A stretch of 64,000 bases of DNA from NCBI GenBank assembly GCA_963756875.1, contig CAVWPA010000003.1, positions 1 to 64,000 of the forward strand, written 5' to 3'. Numbering within the stretch: position 1 is the stretch's first letter; each line of letters begins with the position of its first letter. The translations under genes were made by a program, and so were the position numbers. Source of the DNA: an uncultured Verrucomicrobiae bacterium. GTDB lineage: Bacteria; Verrucomicrobiota; Verrucomicrobiia; Chthoniobacterales; UBA10450. Under the pieces are notes generated by a model that was given only the letters and a program-made list of their open reading frames with translations, was not told the DNA's origin and made no database searches. Of this stretch, positions 53,760-64,000 are shown one piece after another.

Positions 53760-54470
53760 TCAGCTCCGGCGGTCGCCGCGCACCGAAAGCAACCAGAGCA
53801 GGTTCCCAAGCGCCGCGATAAACGCCGCCACGTACGTAAGCGCCGCCGCGTTCAGGACTTTGTTTACGCCCGCGACTTCCGCGCCGGGCTGGACGATCCC
53901 CATTTGTTTCAAAATAATTTTTGCGCGTCGCGACGCGTCGAACTCCACCGGCAGGGTGATCAATTGGAAGACGAGCAGCACGATATAGCAATAGATGCCC
54001 AGGGTGATGAGCCCCGTCATTCGAAAGAACAGCCCGCCAAAGATGACAAAAGGCAGCATCTGCGAAGCAATCATGGTCATGGGGACAATTGCCATCCGCA
54101 TTTTGAGCGGCGCGTAGGCCTTCGCGTGCTGAATGGCGTGGCCGGTCTCGTGTGCGGCAATCCCAAGCGCGGCGACCGACGGCGTGTTGAAAACGTTGCT
54201 CGACAGACAAAGCTTCTTTGTTCGCGGGTCGTAATGGTCGCCCAGAAATCCGTTGATCTCTACAACGTCGACGTCCGGAATATGCGCAGCCTGCAGAATC
54301 TCTCGCGCGCATTCGGCGCCGGTGATGTTCGAACTCGCCCGCACCGCCCCCCATTTCTTAAACGCGCTGCTGACGCGGATCTGCGCCCAGATACCGACGA
54401 TTGCCGGCACAATGATATAAAGCAGCCAATGATGGCCGAGAAAAAAGCCGCCCCCGTAAGGATAAAACAT
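53760..54470 (-). CDS. Neutral zinc metallopeptidase (YugP-like)
   Basis: DHYDP, AAHETGHAIQH, TLPVEFDASRRA, AALTYVA. Confidence 0.92.
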   Translation of the reverse strand: MFYPYGGGFFLGHHWLLYIIVPAIVGIWAQIRVSSAFKKWGAVRASSNITGAECAREILQAAHIPDVDVVEINGFLGDHYDPRTKKLCLSSNVFNTPSVAALGIAAHETGHAIQHAKAYAPLKMRMAIVPMTMIASQMLPFVIFGGLFFRMTGLITLGIYCYIVLLVFQLITLPVEFDASRRAKIILKQMGIVQPGAEVAGVNKVLNAAALTYVAAFIAALGNLLWLLSVRGDRRS

Positions 54471-54646
54471 GCCAGTTCTAATTTAACGCTTCAAAGCGGA
54501 TTGTCACTTCGCTGCTGGTCTAGATTAGACGCTCCAAGGCTTTCTTCGTTCATTCTGAGCCGGTTAAGCCACTGCGGCGCCACCCTGTTAATTCATTCCG
54601 GTCCCGCCGTGGCAGGATCAGGATGACGGCGCGCAAGTATGCACGA

Positions 54647-55780
54647 TCAAATTTCCAACTGCTTCGGAAACCGCGATAGAACCTTGCAACCGGTTTTTGT
54701 CACCACCACCACGTCCTCCAGACGCGCGCCGCCGAGGCCGGGATAATACAACCCCGGTTCGACCGTGATCACTTGCCGCTCCTTCAGCGTCACTTTTTGC
54801 AGACGGGGATATTCATGAATCTCCAGCCCCAGTCCATGGCCGGTTCCGTGAAAAAAGCCCACCTGTTTCCCGTTGCGCACTCCGGTCGGAAACCCCCGCT
54901 TTGTGAAAAACTCCTGAATTGCCTTGTGAATCGGCATCCCCTCCACGCCCGCTTTGATCCTCTTCAGCGCAAGCGCCTGGCCGGCTTTCACCGTTTCCCA
55001 GAGCTTTCGCTGTGTGTCGCTGGCGCGCCCGCGCACGACCGTCCGGGTCATGTCGCCGAAATACCCTGTCTTCGCGTCGCGCGGGAAAATGTCGAGTATG
55101 ATTAGTGAATCTGAATAAAGCGGCCCGAAGCCCCGCTCGTGCGGATCGCAGGCCTGATCTCCGCCGGCGACGATGGTTCCGGCAGTGACTCCACCCGCGC
55201 GCAAGATCGCGGTATCGATTTCCGCTCGCAAAACTTCCGACGTGAGCGGTTTGTTCGACCAGCGCAATTGTTTCCCTCCTCTTCCCTTGGAAGCCTTGAG
55301 GACCTCCATGGCGCGCCGGAGACCGACCTCGGTGATCCGCAACGCCCGGCCGATCATTTCGATTTCCGCGTTCGTTTTCGCTTCGCGTTCCGGCCAGAAT
55401 GATCCATTCGTAGCGCGAACGCGAATCCTGTTTGCCGTGAGCTCTTCCGCCAGACCAAGCGGGAAACTCGCGGGGACAACGGCGGATTTCACGCCGCGTT
55501 CGCGAAGAAAATAAGCGACAACCTTCTCATACGGCGGCGCTTTGGCCGCTTTTCCCTGAACTTCCTTCTCCAACTTGTTCAGAGAAACGAATTCGTCGGC
55601 GTCTGCCGTTTTACGACCACGACCGATTTCCAGGTTGCTTAACACCATCGTGCGCTTCCCGTTCTTCTGGAGGAAAATAAAAGGATCCGGCGCCCAGAAC
55701 TTTGTCGCATAGAGCATATCCGCATCCTGCTCGCTTGCCGAGACGATCAACCGTGTCGCTGCCTTAACTCTTCTACCCAT
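54647..55780 (-). CDS. Xaa-Pro peptidase (M24) family protein
   Basis: DIFP, YFGDMTRT, HGTGHGLGLEIHE, TVEPGLY, RLED. Confidence 0.92.
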   Translation of the reverse strand: MGRRVKAATRLIVSASEQDADMLYATKFWAPDPFIFLQKNGKRTMVLSNLEIGRGRKTADADEFVSLNKLEKEVQGKAAKAPPYEKVVAYFLRERGVKSAVVPASFPLGLAEELTANRIRVRATNGSFWPEREAKTNAEIEMIGRALRITEVGLRRAMEVLKASKGRGGKQLRWSNKPLTSEVLRAEIDTAILRAGGVTAGTIVAGGDQACDPHERGFGPLYSDSLIILDIFPRDAKTGYFGDMTRTVVRGRASDTQRKLWETVKAGQALALKRIKAGVEGMPIHKAIQEFFTKRGFPTGVRNGKQVGFFHGTGHGLGLEIHEYPRLQKVTLKERQVITVEPGLYYPGLGGARLEDVVVVTKTGCKVLSRFPKQLEI

Positions 55781-55800
55781 AACAATATTCTCCTCTGCCC

Positions 55801-58800
55801 TCAGTTTCGTCGTCTGCGCACTTCCAATTGCCGGCGCAAAATCCAGTGGAGAAGCGCAAGCAATCCAATCGACGACCCGATCAAAACAATGGTGTTGAAG
55901 ACGAAGACCCCAATCTTAATCCCCAGGTAACGCTTCTCCGCCCCAAAGAAAACATTGGGTCGATTGCCGCGGCGATAGTCGTTTTGCTCCATCTCTGCAT
56001 TGGAGATCAGGTCGGAAACCTTTTGGTTTGCGTACAGCTGCTCGGCAGTCACCGGACCATCCGCCCCTTTGAAAAGCGCGCGGTCAAAAGGCCGTTTACC
56101 GTCCAGCACCTGGTCGATCAGGCGGAGATAATGATCGATATCCCGTGCCGACTTCGCTTCCAACCCGGAAAGCATGGCCAATACTTCTTTCAAATCGTCC
56201 AGCCGCTTCGTTTCCGGGCCGTCCTCCTTGTAGTTGGCGACGAGACGATCGATCTCTTCCTGCGCCTGATCTTGTCGCTTGGTAAGCGGGTTGAGCTTGG
56301 CTTGGGCGACGATCATTTCCTCGTAAGACCAGCGCATCGCGATGAATTGGCAGACAAAGGGCACCTCCAGCTTGCTGTCCATCCTCTTGCCCCGATCTGC
56401 CGTGGGATGTTCGTGAAACCACCGGCTAAAGGAATAAACCAGCGCCAGATTACGGTTCATGTCCTCATATTTAATCAGCGCGCCACCCATGATGATCTGC
56501 GGAATAAGAACGAGCGGGACGATGTTGGCCGCGGTCTTGGGATCGGCCACCAGCGACGAAATGAGCAGGCCTAACGAAATGCCGCCCATTGCGGTCATGA
56601 GCATGATTCCAAGATCGATCCAGAACATGCCGCGGATTTGCAAAATATAGTTGCCGATCAGGACATACAGAAAGCATTGAACGAGCGCGAAGATGCCAAG
56701 AGTAAGCGTCTTCGAGACGATGTAATACGACAACCGGACATCCAGGTTGCGCTCGCGTTGCAGGACCACCCGGTCGCGAATGATATCGTCGGCGCTATTG
56801 GTGAGACCGAGAAACATCGCGACCACCAGACTGAGGAACAGATAAGTCGGGATGTGATACGCCGAGGCGAAATCGTAGTGGCCGCTGTCCGAGTAACGCA
56901 GAATCGTGGCGATCAGCAACGCCAGAACCGGCGACACTCCGAGCGTAATGATGACGTTTGCGCGATTGCGCAATTTACTGATGAACGCGCGCCGCAGGAG
57001 TGTCCGAAATTGCGTCCATTCGTCATGCCAGCGAATTGGGATCCGTTTCTTCTGCGTCAGCGCGAGTGGCAGTGCGGTCGCTGGCTCTCTGCGCAACGAA
57101 ACCTGCTTAACATCCTGAATCAGCCGGAAAGCCTCATACTTGTCTCGCCAGAACTCGGGCGAATAACGGCGGGCCGGCACCAGCTGGCTCCGCGAGTTCT
57201 CCTCGTAAATGATGTCCCCGCTTAAATCGCGGAGCGGCGTCTCCAGCACATCGAAAATGAACTCCGGCCGGGTGGTTCCACAGGATGGACATGCGCCCAA
57301 CTCGGCCCCGAATTGGTGCTGATGCTCCGCCTCGGCAAAATAGCGAAGCATGTCGGACGGCGTCCCGAAGAAGACCAGCCGCCCTCCCTTGTCGAGCAGG
57401 ATCGCCTTGTGAAACATCTGAAAAATCTTCGAGCTCGGCTGATGGATTGTGACGATGATGATCTTGTTGTGCGCCATGCTCCGAATAATCTCGATGACGT
57501 GCTCGGAGTCCTTCGAGGAGAGCCCGGAAGTCGGTTCATCGAAGAGGTAAACATCCGACATACCGATCATGTCGAGGCCGATGTTGAGCCGTTTGCGCTC
57601 GCCGCCGCTCAACGTTTTCTTCACCGCGCTTCCGACCACGGCGTCACGGCGTTCGCCTAATCCCAGCTCGACCAATTTCGCTTCCAGGCGGCGCATCCGA
57701 TCGCGGCGCGAAAGGTGAGGCGAGCGGATCGCAGCCGCGAATTGCAGGTTTTCACCAATGGTCAGGTGTTCGTCGAATGCGTCTTCCTGCGGAATGTAAC
57801 TGATGTATCGCTTCAGCGCGTCCAGGTTCCGATAGAGCGGCTGGCCGTTCAGTAAAACATTGCCGCCGGTCGGCTGAAGCTGGCCGGCCAGCACTTTCAG
57901 CAGCGTGCTTTTCCCTGAACCGCTCGCTCCCATCACGCAAACCAGCTCGCCGCGATTCACGGAAAACGAAATTCCATCCAATCCTGTCTCGCCGTTGCTG
58001 AAGAGATGCGTAATATCGGCCACGTCGAGCGAGCGAATAATGTTGCGCTCTTCCTCGATGATTCGCTCGGAAAAATTGCAGCGGAGAAATTGTCCGACAT
58101 CGATCCGGATGGTGTCGCAATCCTGGAGCGCCGCCGTGGTGCGCACGGTGGTATTCCCAACCGTAATCGGCCGGTCGGCCTCGATCACTTCGAGGCGCCC
58201 AACGCGTTTGTCGTAATCGCAAAAAATCTTGAGCAACACGTCGCCGCTCGTTCCCGGCGACAGAAGAATGTCGTCCGCTTCCAGCAGGCTCGGATTGTTC
58301 GAGACGAGATATTCCGACTTTGAAGCCTTGAGTTGAAAACGGCCGCCGAGCGCGCGGGCCCGGCGCCGCAGGTCCATAAAATCCAACTCGCTGTCGTTAT
58401 GGAAAACAATCCTGTCCTCGAGTGCGGCTTCCACTTGCGCGCCGGACTTGAGTTTCACTCCATTGAGCACCGCATCGACGTCGCGCAAGGCTTTTACGCG
58501 CACCTTCAACCCGAATGTGATTTCCAGCGCGCTCTCGCGCGTCCGCGCGCGCTCGAACGAGACTTCGTCCGAATCTTTGTTCACGCGAACGAAGATCTGT
58601 GGAAGCGAGACGTTCTTCTTCGCGTTGAAATATTGCGCTAATTCCTGATACGAGAGCACCTGGTCGCCGACCAAAATGCGCTGCCCGGGATAAATTCGGC
58701 AGAAACCGCCGCGCACCAGCGGTCGCCCGCGCACCGACACGTTTTGTCCGCTGTAATTCTTCAGCAGAATGAGATCGTGGTAACGGAACGCCAGAAGCCG

Positions 58801-59418
58801 GTCGTTTTCTGTGAGCGTCTTTAGCGTAACATCCGCCTTGCCGTTTGCGCCAAATGAGAGCGACTCCAGTGGGGATGCGCCGCGCTGATAAATTGAAGGA
58901 TCGGAATCCTCGGAGGCATTGAGTTGATAAACGATGTCGATCGCCTGCGCAGCCATCCCGAGCTGCGACATGAAGGAATAAAAGGCCACCACCTGCTCCT
59001 GCTTGAGTCCCGCTTGCGAGATCAGATCGTAAAGCTGCACCCCAAGCATGATTTTTCGCTCCGTACTCAACTGCGCGCCGAGCTTTTGCGCCATGGCCGA
59101 GAGATCCTGTTGCTCGTAAAGGGCCTGGCGAAAAAGCTGACGCAGTTCGGAGTAAACCGCTTCCGGGTAGTCGTAACGCAAAAATCCGAGGCTGGAGTCG
59201 ATCTCCTCTTCCAGCAAAACGCCGTCGGCCTTCGAAAAACTCGCCAGCACTTGAATGAGCAATGGCAAAAGATTCGGTCCTTCCGAAACGCTGCGCGGTT
59301 TACGAAGAGCTCGCCGCATCCAGCGCCGTCCTCTTCGCTGAATGCGATAGGCGAACGGGGTGACTTTTTGCACCGCCCGATCAATCTTGTCGGCAAACGT
59401 GTTGACCAACTGCGTCAT
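55801..59418 (-). CDS. Fused ABCG-type exporter: TerB-like N-domain, FHA-like repeats, ABC ATPase, ABC-2 membrane domain
   Basis: KADG..EEEI TerB-like start, GASGSGKST, LSGGERKRL, FDEPTSGL, TIHQP, then a multi-TM domain. N-terminal domain calls are tentative. Confidence 0.85.
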   Translation of the reverse strand: MTQLVNTFADKIDRAVQKVTPFAYRIQRRGRRWMRRALRKPRSVSEGPNLLPLLIQVLASFSKADGVLLEEEIDSSLGFLRYDYPEAVYSELRQLFRQALYEQQDLSAMAQKLGAQLSTERKIMLGVQLYDLISQAGLKQEQVVAFYSFMSQLGMAAQAIDIVYQLNASEDSDPSIYQRGASPLESLSFGANGKADVTLKTLTENDRLLAFRYHDLILLKNYSGQNVSVRGRPLVRGGFCRIYPGQRILVGDQVLSYQELAQYFNAKKNVSLPQIFVRVNKDSDEVSFERARTRESALEITFGLKVRVKALRDVDAVLNGVKLKSGAQVEAALEDRIVFHNDSELDFMDLRRRARALGGRFQLKASKSEYLVSNNPSLLEADDILLSPGTSGDVLLKIFCDYDKRVGRLEVIEADRPITVGNTTVRTTAALQDCDTIRIDVGQFLRCNFSERIIEEERNIIRSLDVADITHLFSNGETGLDGISFSVNRGELVCVMGASGSGKSTLLKVLAGQLQPTGGNVLLNGQPLYRNLDALKRYISYIPQEDAFDEHLTIGENLQFAAAIRSPHLSRRDRMRRLEAKLVELGLGERRDAVVGSAVKKTLSGGERKRLNIGLDMIGMSDVYLFDEPTSGLSSKDSEHVIEIIRSMAHNKIIIVTIHQPSSKIFQMFHKAILLDKGGRLVFFGTPSDMLRYFAEAEHQHQFGAELGACPSCGTTRPEFIFDVLETPLRDLSGDIIYEENSRSQLVPARRYSPEFWRDKYEAFRLIQDVKQVSLRREPATALPLALTQKKRIPIRWHDEWTQFRTLLRRAFISKLRNRANVIITLGVSPVLALLIATILRYSDSGHYDFASAYHIPTYLFLSLVVAMFLGLTNSADDIIRDRVVLQRERNLDVRLSYYIVSKTLTLGIFALVQCFLYVLIGNYILQIRGMFWIDLGIMLMTAMGGISLGLLISSLVADPKTAANIVPLVLIPQIIMGGALIKYEDMNRNLALVYSFSRWFHEHPTADRGKRMDSKLEVPFVCQFIAMRWSYEEMIVAQAKLNPLTKRQDQAQEEIDRLVANYKEDGPETKRLDDLKEVLAMLSGLEAKSARDIDHYLRLIDQVLDGKRPFDRALFKGADGPVTAEQLYANQKVSDLISNAEMEQNDYRRGNRPNVFFGAEKRYLGIKIGVFVFNTIVLIGSSIGLLALLHWILRRQLEVRRRRN

Positions 59419-59491
59419 GATGATATTTGGGCCGAAAATTTACCGAGAACCGACGGAGAAGCAATGCGCGGACGCACATCGCACGGAGGGC

Positions 59492-59575
59492 TGGAGTATT
59501 GGAGCGGTGGAGTATTGGGAGCGGACGCGGTAGACGTTGAAGGTAATCATTCCTCCATCACTCCAAAACTCCAGC
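59492..59575. repeat. Inverted 8-mer-periodic repeat (GGAGTATT / ACTCCA)
   Basis: ggagtattggagcggtggagtattggga ... ctccatcactccaaaactcca. Confidence 0.7.
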
Positions 59576-59672
59576 CCTCCCGTCCGCGCCCGCGGCTCGG
59601 CGTGCCACCTGCTCTTTGCATTGGAAAAACGTTCATGATAACTTCCTAGTTTGCGAGTGAATCGCACAGTTT

Positions 59673-61706
59673 ATGCCACAGCCCGATCGTAAACCCCAAC
59701 GAGATAACAAGCGCGGAAACGAGCCCAGTTTTAACTGGCGCGGCGTAATCCTGGTCGCTATCGCTTTCGCTTTTTTCGGGCTTGCCCTGCTTTTCTATCG
59801 CGGTGGCTATCAAACCTACGAAGAAGTCCCTTACAATCGCTTCATCGAGCTGCTCGATAACAAGCAGATCGTGAACGACAAGAATTCGCCGCTGGTGCTG
59901 GCAGTCGAGGAAGGCCAGCCCACTCAAACGTTGCGCGGCAATTACCTAAAACAGGGCGCCGGCGGCGCGCCGCCTCAGCAAGTGCCGTTTCGCACCGCTG
60001 TTTTTCTGAATTTCGAGAAGAACCTCCAGGAGAAGCTGAACGCAGCCGGCATTGAGCCCGCCGTCATGACCGATTCGCACCTCTTTGGACAAACCATCCT
60101 CAGCTTCGGGCCGATCGCGCTCTTTTTGCTTCTTCTGTACTTCCTCTTCCGTCAACAGATCCGCATGGCCGGCAAAGGAGCGCTCAATTTCGGCAAATCC
60201 AAGGCGCGCATGCTGGCGCGGGACAAGAACAAGATCACGTTTCGCGACGTAGCCGGCGTCGAAGAAGCCAAGGATGAAGTGCAGGAGTTGGTCGAATTTT
60301 TGCGCGATCCGAAAAAATTCCAGAAACTCGGGGGACGCATTCCAAAAGGCGTATTGCTGGTCGGGCCTCCTGGCACCGGAAAGACCCTGCTCGCCCGGGC
60401 CATCGCCGGTGAAGCGGATGTGCCGTTCTTCTCGATCAGCGGTTCGGATTTCGTAGAAATGTTCGTGGGCGTTGGTGCGTCCCGGGTTCGCGACATGTTC
60501 GAGCAAGGGAAGAAATCGGCGCCCTGCATCATTTTTATCGACGAAATCGACGCGGTCGGCCGGCACCGCGGCCATGGCGTCGGCGGCGGCCACGACGAGC
60601 GCGAGCAAACTTTAAATGCGTTGCTGGTCGAAATGGATGGATTCGACACGCAGGAAGGCGTGATCATCATCGCCGCGACAAATCGTCCGGATGTTCTCGA
60701 TCCCGCATTGCTGCGCCCGGGACGCTTCGACCGGCAGATCACGGTAAATCTGCCGGACGTAAAAGGACGCGAAGAAATTTTGCGTGTGCACTCCAAAAAA
60801 GTGAAACTGGCCGAGGGGGTCGATCTGGCAGTGGTCGCGCGCGGCACGCCGGGCTACTCCGGAGCGGAGCTTGCCAATGTCATCAATGAAGCGGCGTTAC
60901 TGGCCGCCCGTCGCGGTTTAAAGGGAATCACGCTTGCCGAACTCGAAGAAGCGCGCGACAAAGTCCGCTGGGGCAAGGAACGCCGCAGTCTCGCGCTCAG
61001 CGAAAAGGAAAAGCAGAACACTGCGTACCACGAAGCCGGCCACGCGCTCCTGCTCGAGCTGCTACCGCACACGGAGCCGTTGCACAAGGTTACGATCATT
61101 CCGCGCGGTCCGTCGTTGGGATCGACCATGTGGCTGCCGGAGGAAGACAAATACACGAATCGGAAAAACGAATTGCTCGCAGGCCTTGCCGTGAGCATGG
61201 GCGGCCGCGTGGCCGAGGAAATTGTTTTTGGCGACATCACAAACGGGGCGCGCGGTGATATCAAATCGGCCACTGCGATCGCGCGCCGGATGGTTTGCGA
61301 ATGGGGAATGAGCGAGAAGATGGGCATGGTCGAATATGGCGAGCACGAGGATTATGTTTTCCTTGGTCGCGACATCTCTCGCGCGCGCGATTACAGCGAA
61401 GCGACCGCGGAACAGATCGACCAGGAAGTGCGCAAGCTGCTCGATGACGCCTATCAAACGGCCAAGCACACTCTCATTGCCCATCGCAACACGCTCGAGG
61501 TCATTGCCAAAGCGCTGCTCGAATTCGAAACGCTCGACGGTTTGCAGATCAAGGAGATCCTCGAACATGGACGCCTGATCAATCCGCCGGCGGCTCCCGC
61601 ACCGCCAAGCGGTCCCAAAATGCCGCCCGAGAAACCGCCCAAACAAGTCATCGCACCGGATGTCGCACCGCCGCTCCCGGGCGCCCTGGGCGGCGCACCC
61701 GCATAG
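59673..61706 (+). CDS. ftsH: ATP-dependent zinc metalloprotease FtsH
   Basis: Two TMs, [39 protein letters not shown]. Confidence 0.97.
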   Translation: MPQPDRKPQRDNKRGNEPSFNWRGVILVAIAFAFFGLALLFYRGGYQTYEEVPYNRFIELLDNKQIVNDKNSPLVLAVEEGQPTQTLRGNYLKQGAGGAPPQQVPFRTAVFLNFEKNLQEKLNAAGIEPAVMTDSHLFGQTILSFGPIALFLLLLYFLFRQQIRMAGKGALNFGKSKARMLARDKNKITFRDVAGVEEAKDEVQELVEFLRDPKKFQKLGGRIPKGVLLVGPPGTGKTLLARAIAGEADVPFFSISGSDFVEMFVGVGASRVRDMFEQGKKSAPCIIFIDEIDAVGRHRGHGVGGGHDEREQTLNALLVEMDGFDTQEGVIIIAATNRPDVLDPALLRPGRFDRQITVNLPDVKGREEILRVHSKKVKLAEGVDLAVVARGTPGYSGAELANVINEAALLAARRGLKGITLAELEEARDKVRWGKERRSLALSEKEKQNTAYHEAGHALLLELLPHTEPLHKVTIIPRGPSLGSTMWLPEEDKYTNRKNELLAGLAVSMGGRVAEEIVFGDITNGARGDIKSATAIARRMVCEWGMSEKMGMVEYGEHEDYVFLGRDISRARDYSEATAEQIDQEVRKLLDDAYQTAKHTLIAHRNTLEVIAKALLEFETLDGLQIKEILEHGRLINPPAAPAPPSGPKMPPEKPPKQVIAPDVAPPLPGALGGAPA

Positions 61707-61896
61707 CTGACGGACGGGTTCTTCTGGCGAACAAACAGGATCGAACACCCCTGGAGCCGGGTCGGGCGGTTTGGAGAATCCCAGGGCATCAAGTCGCACC
61801 ACCCGGGCCGGTTGTTAGACAGATCGGAAAGAGTGAACGATCCGACGCCTTCGGTCGTCTGATGTTGACCGTATTACCAGCGGGATTCTGCAAAAA

Positions 61897-62358
61897 ATGT
61901 CCGAACGCGATTTTGAGAACGATTTGGAAGCGGATATTTGCGTCCATCTTTTCACTGTATCGTCGGCGATGGTCGGTGTTTGCCTGACGGTGATCGGCCT
62001 TATTCGCGTGGTTATCACCCTGGGAAGAATCGACACCCTCGCGGACGATCTCCTCTCGTTAGATGCTTTGTTTTTTCTCGTTGCCTGCCTTCTGTCCTAC
62101 TCGGCGCTACGAACACGAAGCGCCCGGCGCATGCACCGGGTGGAAAGAATCGCCGACGTCACGTTCATCGCGGGGATGCTCCTGATGACCGCGATTTGCT
62201 GCATCATCACCTACCGGATTGCGATGCCTGCAAAAAAAGTCAGCTTTGTTGCGCAGACTACAAGTGTTGCGAAGGCTGATGACGGCCTGCATCCCCGCAG
62301 TGTCCCGCACGCGCTGTGGCTGAACGAATTGAGCGGTCAAAGGCCGCCGCTACGCTGA
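61897..62358 (+). CDS. Hypothetical membrane protein
   Basis: Three hydrophobic helices, HLFTVSSAMVGVCLTVIGL. Confidence 0.7.
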   Translation: MSERDFENDLEADICVHLFTVSSAMVGVCLTVIGLIRVVITLGRIDTLADDLLSLDALFFLVACLLSYSALRTRSARRMHRVERIADVTFIAGMLLMTAICCIITYRIAMPAKKVSFVAQTTSVAKADDGLHPRSVPHALWLNELSGQRPPLR

Positions 62359-62364
62359 CAACAA

Positions 62365-62730
62365 TTATTTCGGCGAACGCGAGTTGACGTGTGTTTTCAC
62401 TTCGCGGCGCTGGATGTCCACCAGGTGCCGCAACTGTCGCTCCATGGTTCTGAAAGCGTCATGGATCACTTTCGTAAGCGGCTCGTGCGAGGCAGTGTCC
62501 ATTTGCCTTTCGTCGGCGACCAGCTCGTGGCCCCGCGACACGGTCACATCAATGCGGACGCGAAATTGGTTTCCCTTGTGATGCGTGTGATTTGGCTGCT
62601 CGATCGCGACGTCGCACCGGTTGATATGGTCGCAAAATTTCTCCAGTCGCGTCGCATAATCCAAAATGAGATCTTCGATTTTGTCCGATTTTTCCAGGCC
62701 GCGGTAGGTGATCTTAATTGGTAGCTGCAT
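62365..62730 (-). CDS. HPF/RaiA-family ribosome-associated protein
   Basis: MQLPIKITYRGL..S, C.VAIE..HHKG, RVRIDV, IHDAF..MERQL. Confidence 0.85.
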   Translation of the reverse strand: MQLPIKITYRGLEKSDKIEDLILDYATRLEKFCDHINRCDVAIEQPNHTHHKGNQFRVRIDVTVSRGHELVADERQMDTASHEPLTKVIHDAFRTMERQLRHLVDIQRREVKTHVNSRSPK

Positions 62731-62832
62731 ATTTATTGGACATTAATGCGCTGTTTGCCGTTGAGCGAAGCAAAAATCCATCTGCGATATGATACTCGAG
62801 GCCGGGTCAGGAACGAGCATTCAGGATCTTTT

Positions 62833-63297
62833 TTAAATGGGCCGAAGCGACCGGACATGGGACGGCAGTTTGGACGGCTCCACTTTCACCAGATCGGATT
62901 TCACATGCTCTACAATTCGATTGCGCGCAGCAGGCGGCAAAAGATCTACAATGGCGGAGTAAATTTCCGCCGGCGCGGCGAACGACCAGCCCTCTTTGCC
63001 GCTTTTGTCTGTGATCTTGGCGATTTGATCAGCCAGTTGTCTGCAAATGCGGCGATCGGTTTCGGTTTCAAGCTGCGTCCGCTCGGCAATGGAATTTGCA
63101 TGACGTGCGCTGATGCCGTCGCTTACTGGAAATCTCCCGGCCAAATCGGTCACCTTGTCGATCAATTTTCCATGCGCATCCGTGACGTTAAACGCCTGGA
63201 CCAGCTGCAGGCTGGGGCCGCGCGTCGGCGTTTCACTCACCCGATAGGCCTTTAAACTGCCGCGATCTGCAACAATAACCAGAGAGGTGGGTGTCAT
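62833..63297 (-). CDS. Host-attachment / baeRF-like (release-factor-fold) protein
   Basis: IVAD.G..KAY, TDLAGRF, AAPAEI, KSDLVK pattern. Confidence 0.7.
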   Translation of the reverse strand: MTPTSLVIVADRGSLKAYRVSETPTRGPSLQLVQAFNVTDAHGKLIDKVTDLAGRFPVSDGISARHANSIAERTQLETETDRRICRQLADQIAKITDKSGKEGWSFAAPAEIYSAIVDLLPPAARNRIVEHVKSDLVKVEPSKLPSHVRSLRPI

Positions 63298-63426
63298 AAG
63301 CGAAATGAGTCATGAGGAACCGGGCGCCGATCCATCGATCTATGACTTTCTATAATAAATTCGATTGTCGGGGCAACCCCGCGCTTTTCAGAATTCGATT
63401 CCAATCCATCTGACAATAGTCGCTTA

Positions 63427-64000
63427 TCATTCCTTTTGCCCGCGCTCTTCTTCCGCACTCACCGGCGGGGGAAGTTCGACATGGCGTTTTTTCCATGATT
63501 CACGTCGCGCCTGAGGCTGCAATCCTCCGGCAAGCTTAAACAGACATGCCGCGCGTTCGGCTGAATTGAAATCGTCGCCGGACGCGAATTTTTTCGTCGC
63601 TGCCAGGAATCCCTCTTCATCGACTGTATCGAGAATAAGCTCCCATTCGACATGTTCCTCGCCGGGCAAAACAAACGGGACCGGTTCATGGTGCGCATTG
63701 ATCAGAAGCAAAAAAGTTTCGTCGCGAACCGGTTCGCCTTGAAAATCTAAAATGTCGGGGGAGTCACCGCTCAGCAACACGCCGAGGCAACGGACAAAGG
63801 GCGAATTCCATTCCTCATCGCTCATCTCTTCGCCGCCGGGATTCAACCACATCACGTCCCGAATTTCAGATCCGGGAATTCTGTGCCCTTGAAAAAATTT
63901 CGGCCGCCGAAAAACCGGGTGTCCCTTGCGAAGCCCGATTAGTTTCTTCGTGAACTCGAGCAGCCGGCTTTGCTTTTCGTCGCGCTGCCAGCTCAACCAA
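63427..64000 (-). CDS. glgX: Glycogen debranching enzyme, C-terminal part (gene starts beyond the window)
   Basis: LRKGHPVFRR..FFQG, DVMWL.P.G.EM...W, FLLLINAH..F.LP, WELILDT. Confidence 0.88.
   Translation of the reverse strand, partial: WLSWQRDEKQSRLLEFTKKLIGLRKGHPVFRRPKFFQGHRIPGSEIRDVMWLNPGGEEMSDEEWNSPFVRCLGVLLSGDSPDILDFQGEPVRDETFLLLINAHHEPVPFVLPGEEHVEWELILDTVDEEGFLAATKKFASGDDFNSAERAACLFKLAGGLQPQARRESWKKRHVELPPPVSAEEERGQKE

Noticed and set aside
61710..61820. Possible ncRNA downstream of ftsH (ccctgg...ccaggg stem)
   Set aside because: Only a short stem is visible and I recognise no RNA family; an Rfam/Infernal search would be needed.

Overview
A GC-rich bacterial chromosomal segment, most likely from a soil Verrucomicrobiota (Spartobacteria/Chthoniobacterales-like) genome. 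This is inferred from a Verru_Chthon cassette A-like gene, the gene set and the repeat families. The core is a minus-strand respiratory region with an alternative complex III operon (actABCDEF plus an actG-like gene, 32360-41235) running straight into a cbb3-like ccoN/ccoO/cytochrome c triad (29136-32310). A separate intact A1-type aa3 oxidase operon with ctaA/ctaB/sco lies at 15481-22572. The strongest observation is that the CcoN-like subunit is an intact ORF keeping both low-spin heme b histidines but lacking all three CuB histidines, the cross-link tyrosine and the heme b3 histidine. It should therefore not reduce O2 by the canonical mechanism and may be a repurposed electron-relay or sensor module of ACIII. 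The left 13 kb is accessory and repeat-rich: a REP-associated tyrosine transposase inside two-REP tandem arrays, a toxin-first RelE-type TA pair between 50-bp direct repeats, a ~320-bp mosaic tandem array, and a small basic gene whose ends are marked by copies of a 19-bp palindrome. REP-like repeats also sit in frame inside enzymes. Several +1 frameshifts fall at GTAC, suggesting a motif-specific sequencing artefact. The rest is housekeeping (xerD, nuoA, rfbA, dinB, ligA, a kinase-murQ fusion, an ECF sigma operon, ftsH, glgX). No rRNA, tRNA or CRISPR array was recognised. All calls are by-eye motif recognition; no searches were run.
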